Positions 37,511 to 48,235 of a DNA stretch of 64,000 nt are shown one piece after another. Within the stretch, counting starts at the first letter, position 1. The number at the start of each line of letters is the position of its first letter. The stretch comes from Octopus sinensis. Lineage: Eukaryota. The DNA is taken from contig NC_043003.1 in the NCBI RefSeq assembly GCF_006345805.1, forward strand, positions 58,342,001 through 58,406,000, in the 5' to 3' direction. Under the pieces are notes generated by a model. That model was given only the letters and a program-made list of their open reading frames with translations, was not told the origin of the DNA and did no database searches. Position numbers and translations under genes: made by a program.

Positions 37511-37844
37511 TGTCCCATGCTTAACAGCATTTTGTCTGGAGTGCTAAAGATTTTTCCAGCCCGTCGATTTTCACCTCCAATGAGGGAGAGGAAGATTTCA
37601 TAGATTATTAAGTTGACCCCAGAACTTGACTGGCATATATTTTGCTGATACCGAGCAGGATGAAGGGCAAGTTTCAAGATGGCGAGAATTAGACACTGAA
37701 TCTAAATAGATTGAACTAAATATTACAGGTAGCTCCATCGCTTTTATCTTACTCCACATCACTCCATTTCATCGCATCTCCAAGAAATGATCATTTGAAA
37801 CAGGCACAAGGTGATATATATATATATAGGGAGAGTTCACGAAA

Positions 37845-37995
37845 AAAACAAAAGACGAAGACAGGTGGTGTACAAAACAAACAGATGTATTAGTATAACG
37901 CTCAGGAATTGAATAAGTCTTTTACGTTTCAAGCCTACGCTCTTCTACAGAAAGGGACACAGAAAAAACAAGGAGAGAAACAAGGAGAGAAAAAA
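37845..37995 (-). mobile_element. Penelope-like terminal repeat fragment
   Basis: Same architecture (hammerhead-like motif followed by CCTGAGCGT) on the minus strand. Confidence 0.45.
37919..37954 (-). ncRNA. Degenerate hammerhead ribozyme motif, same family (core A6>U)
   Basis: Minus strand CTTT-CTGTAGA-A-GAGC(GTAG)GCTT-GAAAC-GTA-AAAG; stems I and II pair. Confidence 0.5.
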
Positions 37996-38009
37996 TGTGT
38001 GTAGTAGCT

Positions 38010-38059
<50 letters not shown>

Positions 38060-38081
38060 TATATATTATATATATATATAT

Positions 38082-38249
38082 AGGCGCAGGAGTGGCTGTG
38101 TGGTAAGTAGCTTGCTTACCAACCACATGGTTCCGGGTTCAGTCCCACTGCGTGGAACCTTGGGCAAGTGTCTTCTACTATAGCCTCAGGCCGACCAAAG
38201 CCTTGTGAGTGGATTTGGTAGACGGAAACGGAAAGAAGCCCGTCGTATG

Positions 38250-38284
<35 letters not shown>

Positions 38285-38497
38285 TTGTGTGTCTGTGTTT
38301 GTACCCCCCCCCCCAACATCGCTTAGCAATCGATGGTGGTGTGTTTACGTCCCCGTAACTTAGCAGTTCGGCAAAAGAGACCGATAAAATAAGTCCTAGG
38401 CTTACAAAGAATAAGTGCTGGGGTCGATTTGCTCGACTAAAGGCGGTGCTCCAGCAGGCCGCAGTCAAATGACAGAAACAAGTAGTAAAGATAAAGA
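38082..38497 (+). mobile_element. SINE family A, full length
   Basis: aggcgcaggagtggctgtgtggtaagtagc head to gcagtcaaatgacagaaacaag tail. Confidence 0.93.
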
Positions 38498-39334
38498 TAT
38501 ATATATATATATATATATGCTAAAAATTAATGTAAGCAGTTACGCACAATATAAAACAATAAAGGAAAAATCTAAACGTCACAATACATAGATATATGTA
38601 TTTCTGAAAGCCCCAAACAAGGCGAGAAACCAGTTAGTGTAAGGTAGGGATCGGCGAACTGGGTTAAATTACCCCACGTGTGGTAAAAAATGAAATCCTT
38701 GCCGTTAATGAGAACTCATTAGACATAAGTAAAATTATTAAAAAAAAAAACCTGTTCCTTGTTACGACAGAAATTTTTTCTGGCAAACATGCATCTGTGC
38801 AATGTAATGGACATGTTTTGGAGACGTCACGCCATTTTGAACTACAAACAATTCGGTTGCTAAGGCGTTGTCATGTGACGAAACAGATATTGGTTAATTG
38901 TCTATTACCCGCCTTAACTTTATCTTTTGACAGACCTGTTTTTGCTTTAAGTAGATTTAAGTAGTTATTCAATTCAACCCTTTAACGAAATCGATTGGAC
39001 CCCGAAGACTGTATCTAAATTGCTCTGGCATCAAAATACCACAATTTTGATGTAATTGTAACAAAAATGAAACATTTTTTCTCCAGAATCTGAAGTGAAA
39101 AATCCTTTAATTTCATAATGAAGATATTTATTTATTTTATCGCATTTGTTTTATACTTTTTATATTTATAATTGTATTCTCCATATAAATAGATTTCAAA
39201 AAACCTTTTGAATCCAAAGAATCTACGATTTTCTTCCTTTAAAATCAAGGGGTTAGGGTAACGCCGGCGTAAATAAATATATTTAGGTGTTATTGGTTAA
39301 AAAAATTTCCTCGACCTCTGGTGTAAGGAACTAC

Positions 39335-39535
39335 GAAGAATGAGAAATTAAGATGAAAGGGATGTATTTACTTTAGACTTAAAAGAGTTCAGGCCATAAG
39401 AAGGGTAAAAACAATGAGATGGAAAAGAGTTCCAAAGTCTTCCGGTTCGAGGGAAAATGACACGACCGTAGAATGATTTTCTTATTCGTGGAAGCACAAC
39501 AGCATTTGGATGAAATCAAGCGAGATGGAGCAAAG
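39335..39535 (-). mobile_element. CR1/Jockey-group LINE 3' end fragment
   Basis: Minus frame HPNAVVLPRIRKSFYGRVIFPRTGRLWNSFPSHCFYPSYGLNSFKSKVN. Confidence 0.6.
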
Positions 39536-40279
39536 TAAAGCGCGCGCGAACGCGTGAGCGTGTGTGTGTGTTGTGTGTGTGTGTGTGTGTGTGTGTGCGC
39601 GTGTGTGTGTGTGTGGTGTGTGCGTGTGTGTGTGTGTGTCTTTGAGGGGAAGATATAATCGATTAAATCGACTCCAATGTTTGCATGGTACTTTATTTTA
39701 TCAGTCCCTAAAGGATAAATAGAAAATTCTACCCCAGTTGGATTTGATCTCCGAACGTAACTAATTCTCTAATTAAATCCCGCAAGGCACTCTATTACTC
39801 TTTTATCATTCAACCAATAACGAATACTGTAATCAGTTTTAGAGTTTTAGGCGTCTTTGCGTTCCATATTTCCGGCTGTACACTTCCGGCCGAGCATTGC
39901 TGCCGTCCACCATATTCATTATGACAACAGCCTTTTCTGTTTCCACCTACCCTTTGTCAATGAAGGGGATAACAGGTTGGTTATGGTGGGGGTTGGGGTG
40001 GTGGAGTAGGATATGGATGACAGAGCAGATGACACGTTAACAAGAGTGGTCACATCAAAGAAAAGGAATCGATAAGCATGGGAAATCTATCAAACGACAA
40101 TGACAAACAACAATATCAACAACATTATCGAAATAAACAATTCATCATCATCATCATCATCGTCCTCACCACCACCAACATGATGGTCATCGATGTTAAC
40201 ATCATCTTCAGCGTCGTCGTCATCACTGTCTTCACCATCATCATCATATGCACACACATATGCGAGAGTATGCGTATAT

Positions 40280-40336
40280 GTATATGTATATATGTATACA
40301 AACATACATACACACACACACACACACACACCACAC

Positions 40337-40394
<58 letters not shown>

Positions 40395-40723
40395 TGTATA
40401 TATATATATATAAATATGTATATATATATATATAAATATGTATATATATATATATAAATATGTTATATATATATATAAATATGATATATATATATATAAA
40501 TATGTATATATATATATATTATGTATATATATATATATAAATATGTATATATATAGATATATATATATATATGTATATATATATATTGTATATATATTAT
40601 ATATATATATTGTATATATATATATATGTATATAATATATTATATATGTATAATATTATATATAAATATGTATATATATATATATAAATATGTATATATA
40701 TATATATATAAATATGTATAATA

Positions 40724-40781
<58 letters not shown>

Positions 40782-40790
40782 CACACACAC
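40280..40790. repeat. Long (CA)n(TA)n / AT-rich microsatellite
   Basis: Direct inspection. Confidence 0.97.
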
Positions 40791-40869
40791 ATGATAGAGT
40801 AAATAGACCCCTATAAACCATCGTTTTATGCTTATTCTAACTTGTAATGGTTTATATCTTTTATTAATT

Positions 40870-41570
40870 GACATTTTTTTTATGTTTCAGGTTCTACATG
40901 CGACTGTTTAATCATGCCATGTACAAAAGAAGACTTGGAACTGTCTGAATTTCAAAGAAGCCATATTGTCATTCTGAAGGTGGACATACTCAGCGGAAAA
41001 TTGCAGAAAACCTTGGGATCCCACTTTCTACAGTTAATAGAATGATTGCGCAATTCACCAGAGAAAGAAAAGGAGGCCACATTACCTCACCCCGGTTGCC
41101 TAGGGCTCTCTGACAGGACCCTTCTCTTTGTTAAGAGAAGTGTGGAGGACAATCCTTGCTGCAAGGCCTCTGACATAGTAGAACACGTTGATGTCAGTCC
41201 CAGAACAGCTGTCAGGTATCTCCACAAACTTGGTTACTATAGTACAGCAGCAAGAAGGAAGCCACTTCTTTGACCAGCCAATATCAAGTGGAGAAAAGAT
41301 TGAGCCAGTGAGATGGTGGAGAGGCCATTAGCATTTTGGGATACTGTCATATTCTCCAATGAGTCCAGATTTGCTGTATTTTCTGACAGTGGTCGAGTGC
41401 GGGTCTGAAGACTTTGTGATCAAGAAAAGATTGCAGTCAACAATCAAACATGGTAGTTATTCTGTGATGGTCAAGGGAGTAATTTGGAGCAATGGTCAAT
41501 CAGACCTGGTGGAGTGTGAGGGAAACATAAACTCAGATAAATATAATAAATATGTACACTACAAAAGGTT
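40870..41570 (+). mobile_element. Tc1-like transposase relic (5' two-thirds)
   Basis: [65 protein letters not shown]. Confidence 0.82.
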
Positions 41571-41884
41571 TTGAGTAATCCTTCAGTGTAATGTCAATTA
41601 CATAATGTAATTACATAAAAACAACCAATAATGTGTTTGTGTGTGTGTGTATGTGTGTGTGTCTGTGTGTGTCAGTGTGTGCGCGTGCGTGCATGTATGT
41701 ATATATGTATATAATATATATAAGTGAATATCAGGTACCAACTGATGAAGGGTCGTTTTTTATGTTACTTGTCTTGTTTTCCATATGTTTCTCTCGTTGT
41801 TCGCACATCAAAGTTTGTCTTTGTATTTCATGTTGTTTACGTTGATAGATTTCGAGCACCAACTCGAAGAACTTGCGAGGTTGT

Positions 41885-42179
41885 AAGTGCTGCCTCACTC
41901 TGCCTGCAACCCAGATTATCACATTTTCCGAGTTAAGGCTCATTTCCTGTGCAAACGGAGATTCAACGATAAGGATGAGATTGAACACGGATGAGTTTTT
42001 TGCCTCTGAACCAGCCAAATGGTATAAGCGGGGAATTGTGCGTCTGGCATAACGACAGGAACAAACAATAGAATATGATGAGATGTATTTTGATGAATAA
42101 ACGCTTCTCGAATGTAATCTCTTTGAACTATTAATTAAAGAAATACGAAAAAACTTTTATTTGAAATTGGGTCGTTATA
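41885..42179 (+). mobile_element. Older mariner 3' fragment directly abutting the full-length mariner
   Basis: PDYHIFR...RFNDKDEIE...DEFFASEPAKWYKRGIVRLA*RQEQTIEYDEMYFDE*. Confidence 0.7.
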
Positions 42180-42181
42180 TA

Positions 42182-43466
42182 CGAGGGACGTTCAATAAGT
42201 AATGCCTCTGACCCACTTCCAGGTGTTTGATCTAGTTGAAATTTTGCACGTGCAATTACTTATATCTCTATAGATTAGGTGGCAAATTACAGCTCTGAAC
42301 TAATTTCTGATTTACAGGTGTTTGAACTGAGTCAAGTGTGAAATGGAGCCTGTTGAGTGTCGAGCAGTGATCCGGTTTTTGTATTTGAGAGGACGCACAC
42401 CATGGGAGACTTTTGATGAAATGAAAGTAACTTATGGTGATGATGCCCCATCATATGACCTTGTAAAACGCTGGCATCGTGAATTCAAACATGGTCGGAA
42501 CTCTGTGGAAACAGCTCCCAGATCTGGTCGACCCCCTTCTGCCATTGATGAGGCATCTGTCCGTCAAGTTGAGGCTGCCATTTTGGAAGATCGACGCATA
42601 ACTATTCGCCAAATAGCCCATGAGGTCAAGATTAGTACCGGGTCAGTGGAAACTATCATTCATGACCATTTGCATATGCAAAAGGTGTCTGCCAGATGGA
42701 TTCCCAGGTTGCTCACACCTTTCCAGAAGCAAGAACGCGTCGAGTGCTCTAGGAGGAATTTGGAGACGTACCAAGAAGATGAGTCAAACTTTTTCAAAAG
42801 ACTGATTACACAGGATGAAACCTGAGTCCATCACTATGATCCAGAGACCAAAGCCCAGTCAATGCAGTGGAAGCACCGTGACTCACCTCCTCCAAAGAAG
42901 GCAAGGGTGCAGCCCTCTGCTGGCAAGGTCATGCTCACAGTCTTCTGGGACCAGGACGGAGCAGTGATGACAGATTTCCTGGCAAAGGGTACCACAATTA
43001 CAGGAGCCTATTATGCTTCACTTTTGAGGAAATTAAGAGAAGCTATCAAAATCAAGAGGCGGGGCAAGATCAGCGAAAGCATCCTCCTCCTGCAGGACAA
43101 CGCTCCGGTTCACAACTCGCATGTCGCCAGATCAGAAGCACAGGCGTGCGGCTATGAACTCCTCCCCCACCCCCATACTCTCCTGACCTTGCACCCTCTG
43201 ATTTTCACCTCTTCCCAGCCATGAAGTTGTTTTTGAAAGGAAAGCATTTCCCAGATGATGCAGCCTTGATTTCTAAAGTCACGTCGTGGATGGAGGACCA
43301 AGCTGGGGTCTTCTACAAAAACGGTCTCCAGAGCAGGATCAAACGATGGGAGAAATGCGTAACTCTGAGTGGTTCCTATGTAGAAAAAGACCAATAAATG
43401 TGCCAAGTTCCGTTGCTCTACTGGTATGGGAAGTGGGTCAGGGGCATTACTTATTGAACGCCCCTC

Positions 43467-43467
<1 letters not shown>
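42182..43467 (+). mobile_element. Full-length mariner element (1286 bp, DD34D, irritans-like TIR) with TA target-site duplication
   Basis: TIRs cgagggacgttcaataagtaatgcctctgacccacttcc / ...ggggcattacttattgaacgcccctcg (2 mismatches), flanked by TA at 42180-42181 and 43468-43469. Confidence 0.96.
42343..43397 (+). pseudogene. Mariner transposase, ~351 aa, with one nonsense codon and one 1-bp deletion
   Basis: ITQDET*VHHYDPETK (TGA 42823-42825 in place of W); LLQDNA; HP[P]YSPDLAPSD with a C missing at ~43170-43174; 34 residues between D2 and D3; stop 43395-43397. Confidence 0.93.
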
Positions 43468-43502
<35 letters not shown>

Positions 43503-43505
<3 letters not shown>

Positions 43506-43975
43506 AGAGTAAGCACATAGATGCGAAACAAGGTGAAAGAAATAGCACTCGAATACAAGAGATAGAGTTTCATCTACTCCGCGTTTCGAAGGTCAAGGCG
43601 AGACTTGCCCTGTCTTTTACTGTTTATAATTTGTACTGTCTTTACTGTCCTGTTTTTGTTACCATTTTTACCCCTCCACAAAAAAATCTCAAATTTTATT
43701 TAATTTGCTTTTTGTGGGAAGGAATGTTTCACTGAAGTCATGTCCCGCCTTGACCTTCGAAACGCGGAGTAGATGAAACAGAGACGACTGAAGAAGGGGA
43801 ATTTTCGTGTGTTGTATGTCCTGTACTCTATTTTTTCGTTGTTTAAGAAAAATGTCCATTTCCTTGGTTTTGTGTTTATATTTTCGTTTCTCATTGTGTT
43901 CGACGTTTTTTGGTGTCCTGTACCCATATATGCATGTATATATACATGTAGATGTAGGTACGTACATATATGTAT
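43503..43975. mobile_element. Penelope-like terminal fragments in inverted arrangement
   Basis: cgccttgaccttcgaaacgcggagtagatgaaac on - (~43567-43600) and + (~43746-43779), followed by ctgaagaagggg. Confidence 0.5.
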
Positions 43976-44007
43976 GTATATATTTTAATGTTTTTATTTA
44001 TTAATTT

Positions 44008-44052
<45 letters not shown>

Positions 44053-44154
44053 TTGGCCTGCTCGCTTAGCCAGGGGGGTGGCGTCATTCGAAGGCTAAAA
44101 CAATGCGACCGCATTTTAACCAGCGATGTCAGCAACTCTGATGGTCTGGTCGGT

Positions 44155-44202
<48 letters not shown>

Positions 44203-44271
44203 ATATATATATATATATATATATATATAGCTAAGGTTTAAAATTAAAATTAATCAAAGGACGTCCTAAGT

Positions 44272-44365
44272 ATGTCTGCCTACTGGAAATAACAGTCAAA
44301 ACTCTCATTTAAATAACCAAAAATTACACTGAGAGTTTTGACTGTTATTTCCAGCAGGCAGACAT
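44272..44365. repeat. Hairpin: 36-bp inverted repeat (1 mismatch), 22-nt loop
   Basis: atgtctgcctactggaaataacagtcaaaactctca / tgagagttttgactgttatttccagcaggcagacat. Confidence 0.95.
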
Positions 44366-44399
44366 CCTTTGATTAATTTTAATTTTAATCCTTTTCAGC

Positions 44400-44632
44400 G
44401 GTGTAGAATTTATAATGTAATTATCCTTTTTCATTCCAGGTGCCATTATATTAAACATTTGCGAAGAGTAACCATGCCACGCACAAAAAATTCAGCACAA
44501 CTGTCAGATTTTCAAAGAAGTCGTATTGTTGAGCAATCTGAGGCTGGTCTTAGCCAGCGAAAAAATTGCCGAAAATCTTCAAATTCCTCTTGCTACTGTT
44601 AATAGAATTATAGTGCAATTCAAAAGCCAAGG
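44400..44632 (+). mobile_element. Tc1-like 5' fragment related to 40870-41570
   Basis: MPRTKNSAQLSDFQRSRIVEQSEAGLSQRK...LQIPLATVNRII. Confidence 0.75.
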
Positions 44633-44693
44633 AAGCTAATACAATTTGCACGCACACACATAGACACACCGACACACACACACACACACACAC

Positions 44694-44726
<33 letters not shown>

Positions 44727-45169
44727 TTATAGACACACATACATACATGTATGTATATATATATATACACATACATGTATATGTGTGTGTATGTGTATAC
44801 ATATATATGCGAATATATATATACATAGAGATAGCTAGCTAGTTAGATAGATAGATAGATAGATAGATAGAAAATTAACATAATGGATGCACGACGAGTG
44901 CAAAAGAACTCTACAGACACATAGCGTGAGAGAAAGAATCTTAGGAACGGGGGTGTAGGAGGAGAAGTAAATGACGGAGTAGCTGGTTGTTGCTGAAGGA
45001 AGGCTCTGCAATAGTTTAATATTTATTGTAACGAATATTGTTTCCTTAGATTGCTTTTCAAGAAAGCTATTCCTTAGCAATATTTCTTTTCTTTTTGCAT
45101 TAATCACTTGGGAATTCACTGACTTAAGAATAAACTATTTCAAATGAAGATATCACTACAGTTACTGCA

Positions 45170-45400
45170 ATAATATTGGTTTCAAATTTTGGCACAAGGG
45201 CAGAAATTTCGGTGCTGGAGCGTAAGGGGTGTAAATCGATTACATAATCCCCAGTTTTCAACTGGTATTTGTTTTATCGATCTCGAAAGAGTGAAACGTA
45301 AAATCGACATCAGCGGAATTTGAACTCAGATCGTAAAGAGGGACGAAATGCCGCTAAGTATTTTGGCGGGCACGGTAACGATTTTCCCAGCGCGCCGCCA
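45170..45400 (-). mobile_element. SINE family B, degenerate
   Basis: aaatttggcacaagg tail to gcgcgccgcc head. Confidence 0.75.
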
Positions 45401-45599
45401 TAATTACTACAAAAATATGAGTATACTTTTACCACCATAGATAAACGTGTCACCTGCTTCTTTTCCTAGGAACATAGTTTCTCTGTTGAGGTTCCTTTTA
45501 ATCACGGGTCTTTTTATTCTGGTAGTTTCTTTCCTCGAACAACTTTTCTTTGAAACTCTTTCACATCGTTTTGGTTCCGTCTTATCTATGAAATTCTAA

Positions 45600-46095
45600 C
45601 CCGAAGGCATCATCGAAAATGATAATGCAAAGATCCAATGGGATTTTACGTTTCAGTGCGACTATGAGATAGAGAATAAGAAACCAGACATAGTGTTAAT
45701 TGAGAAAGAAAGCAAACTATGCTGGATCATAGATATAGCATGTCCGGCTGACAACAAGGTATGCGATAAGGAAGAAAGAAAAGTCGATAGGCATGACAGG
45801 TTAGCTTGGGAGCTTAAGCAGTTGTGGTCGATGAAAAAGGTGACAGTATTACCAATAATTGTCAGAGCCCTGGCAACGATGAGTAAAAATCTTCAGAAGT
45901 ACATGGAACAAATAGGGGCTGCGATAAGGGTGGAATACTTGCAGAAAATAGCTCTGCTTGGAACCGCTCGAATATTCCGGATGGTGCTCGAAAAATAAGG
46001 GGTGTTACCTTAGTTCACTGGTAATAAACAGCTGGCACCGTAGCAGCGTTAGAAGTTGTGCAAAGTCGATAAAGTAAAAATGATGATGATGATGA
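45600..46095 (+). mobile_element. R4/Dong-like retrotransposon 3' end (restriction-like endonuclease domain, open to 45998) ending in (GAT)n
   Basis: PEGIIENDNAKIQWDF...KKPDIVLIEKESKLCWIIDIACPAD...K...LAWELKQLW...LQKIALLGTARIFRMVLEK*: PD-(D/E)xK RLE motifs. Confidence 0.88.
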
Positions 46096-46361
46096 TGAGG
46101 AGGAGGAGGAGGAGGAGGAGGATAGTAATATATATAATATATATATATATAATATATATATATATATTATATATATATATATATATGTATGTATGTGTCT
46201 ATACATACATTTGTATGTATAAGATACACATAGATATAGATACGCATACATAAATACAGATACATATACATACACAGTAACACACATATATGCTTACATT
46301 TAGAGAGAGAGGGAGGGGAGAGAGTTTAAGTGAGGAAAGTCAGTGAGACTGTTTTACATAT

Positions 46362-46392
<31 letters not shown>

Positions 46393-46405
46393 GGACAGAG
46401 AGAGG

Positions 46406-46446
<41 letters not shown>

Positions 46447-46823
46447 TTTGTATGATAGTGTACATTGGGAGTGACTGACGGAAGTCTGAGGTAAAGTTGA
46501 ACAATGTTAGTATTCTGAAAAGAGCAGACGACAGTGGGAAAGGGCGTGCATAGAGGAGAGCAGACGGCAGTGAGTTGAGGAGAGTGTGGAGTGAAAAATC
46601 AAATGATAAAGCGAGGGAGAGACAAAAACAATGTCTAATAAGTAGGAGTGTGAGAGAATTGGTCAATAAAAAGAGAGGAGGAAAGAACGTAGTCATAAAG
46701 GGAGGAAAGAAATTAGATAGAAAGAGAGAGAGAGAGGCGGGGTGAAGAAAGTGTAAAGTGGTGAAAAAAAGAAGGTAGAGGAAAGTAGAGGAAGGGGAGG
46801 CAGTCCTTCCATTGTCCACAGCA

Positions 46824-46857
46824 TCAGTCCGTGACGTAGGCTATCGTTAGACGGATG
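46824..46857 (+). promoter_or_regulatory. Candidate Inr + DPE core promoter of the TRPN-like gene
   Basis: TCAGTC (Inr consensus TCAKTY) at 46824-46829 with A at +1 = 46826. GGATG (DPE consensus RGWYV) at exactly +28..+32 (46853-46857). TGACGT at 46832-46837 and long GA tracts upstream. Confidence 0.35.
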
Positions 46858-47015
46858 GTAGGTGGATAGCTGTAAATACGAACTTTACACGTTCGACTGA
46901 TTAAATGCAGACCAACATGATAAATAACAAACAACTGCGATTTGGTCGAATTTGAAACTTGTATCAAAATTTTGTACGACGACCGTCATAAAGCAGCTTT
47001 GTCTTCGGCCTAGCT

Positions 47016-47507
47016 ATGAAGAAAATCACACGCAGACCAAGTAGACGGATTATCACCACGACTAAAAGCGCGGTGAGTGATACTAGTGAAAACAACCCTG
47101 AAACTGGCAAAACTACTCCCGGTTCAGAACAGAAAGCCTCGGAGAAGAAAACCCACGAGAAAAAAAGTCATGGGCCAAAAAACACCGAACAGAAAAGCTC
47201 TGACCCAAAAACTGCCGACCAGAAAAATTCTGATCCCAAACACCCGGAACCAAAAAACTCTGAGCAGCAAAAAGGCGCAGAACCAAAAAATTCCGAACAG
47301 AAAGTTCCCTCGCAACACAGAAAGGGTTCCGAAGTAAATGGCTTGAAGGATAATAACAATAAGGAACCACCTCCCGCGAAAACTCCCCAACAATGGGCGA
47401 CTTCCGAAACTTTGTTGTCGTTATGTCAGAAGAAAGATTGGTTGGGGACTGAGATGCGAATGAAGACGTTGGAAAGGGACCACAAGGAGGTGAACGAAGC
47501 AGATAAG
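47016..47507 (+). CDS. nompC: First coding exon of a probable NOMPC/TRPN-type ankyrin-repeat mechanosensitive TRP channel (N-terminal 164 aa; remaining exons not seen in window)
   Basis: ATG at 47016 with an in-frame stop upstream (TAA 46989-46991). 164 non-microsatellite codons end at a consensus donor AAG|GTGAGT (47507/47508, phase 0). Residues 129-154, [26 protein letters not shown], match the recalled Drosophila NOMPC pre-ankyrin segment TANKVLGLAMKSEWTPIEAELKKLEK (T, L, L, K, W, E, K, L, E conserved). The F/I-rich tail shown in the ORF track is intronic microsatellite. Confidence 0.65.
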
Positions 47508-47574
47508 GTGAGTGATTCTTTAGTCGTTCGTCCAGTCGTTCATCGTCCTTGGCATCGTTGTTGTTCTTGTCAAT

Positions 47575-47637
47575 GGTCTTCTTCTTCTTCTTCTTCTTTT
47601 TTTTTCATCATCATCATCATCATCATCATCATTGTCT

Positions 47638-47669
<32 letters not shown>

Positions 47670-47789
47670 TTCTTCTTCTTCTGCTTTTTCTTCTTCTTTT
47701 TCTTCATCATCATCATCCTCATCATTGTCTTCTTCTCCTTCATCATCATCACCATCATCATCACTATCATCATCATCATCATCATCATT

Positions 47790-47823
<34 letters not shown>

Positions 47824-47830
47824 CCACCAC

Positions 47831-47873
<43 letters not shown>

Positions 47874-47885
47874 TTCATCTTCATC
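47575..47885. repeat. (TTC)n/(CAT)n microsatellite at the start of the intron
   Basis: Direct inspection. Confidence 0.97.
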
Positions 47886-48015
47886 TTCGCCCTCCTCATC
47901 TTTTTCTTAATTTTCCTTCTCTTCTTCAGTTTCTTTCTCGTCCTCTTCCTCCTCTCCTTGCTTTTGTTTATTTTACTTTTGAGATGTTTGTCTTACTTTT
48001 AATATAAGACATATC

Positions 48016-48235
48016 GAAGGTGGCGCGCTGGCAGAATCGTTAGGACGCCGGGCAAAAGGCTTAATGACACTTCGTCCGTCGTTAATGTTCTGAGTTCATA
48101 TTCCACCGGGATCGACTTTGCCTTTCATTCTTTCGGGGATCGACAAAATAAGTACCAGTGATACACTGGGGTCGATGTAATCGACTTGTCCCCGCCATCC
48201 CGAAAATTACTGACCTTGTTCCAAAATGTGAAACC
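48016..48235 (+). mobile_element. SINE family B
   Basis: ggtggcgcgctggcagaatcgttagg head; cctttcattctttcggggatcgac body. Confidence 0.85.

Noticed and set aside
38975-39260. Possible piggyBac-like MITE (ccctttaac...aaggggtta)
   Set aside because: Terminal repeats too short and no clean TTAA duplication.
47508-48007. Hydrophobic F/I-rich tail of the 328-aa ORF, and the His-, Ser- and Met-rich ORFs
   Set aside because: Translation of (TTC)n/(CAT)n microsatellite lying after a consensus splice donor; not transmembrane segments.
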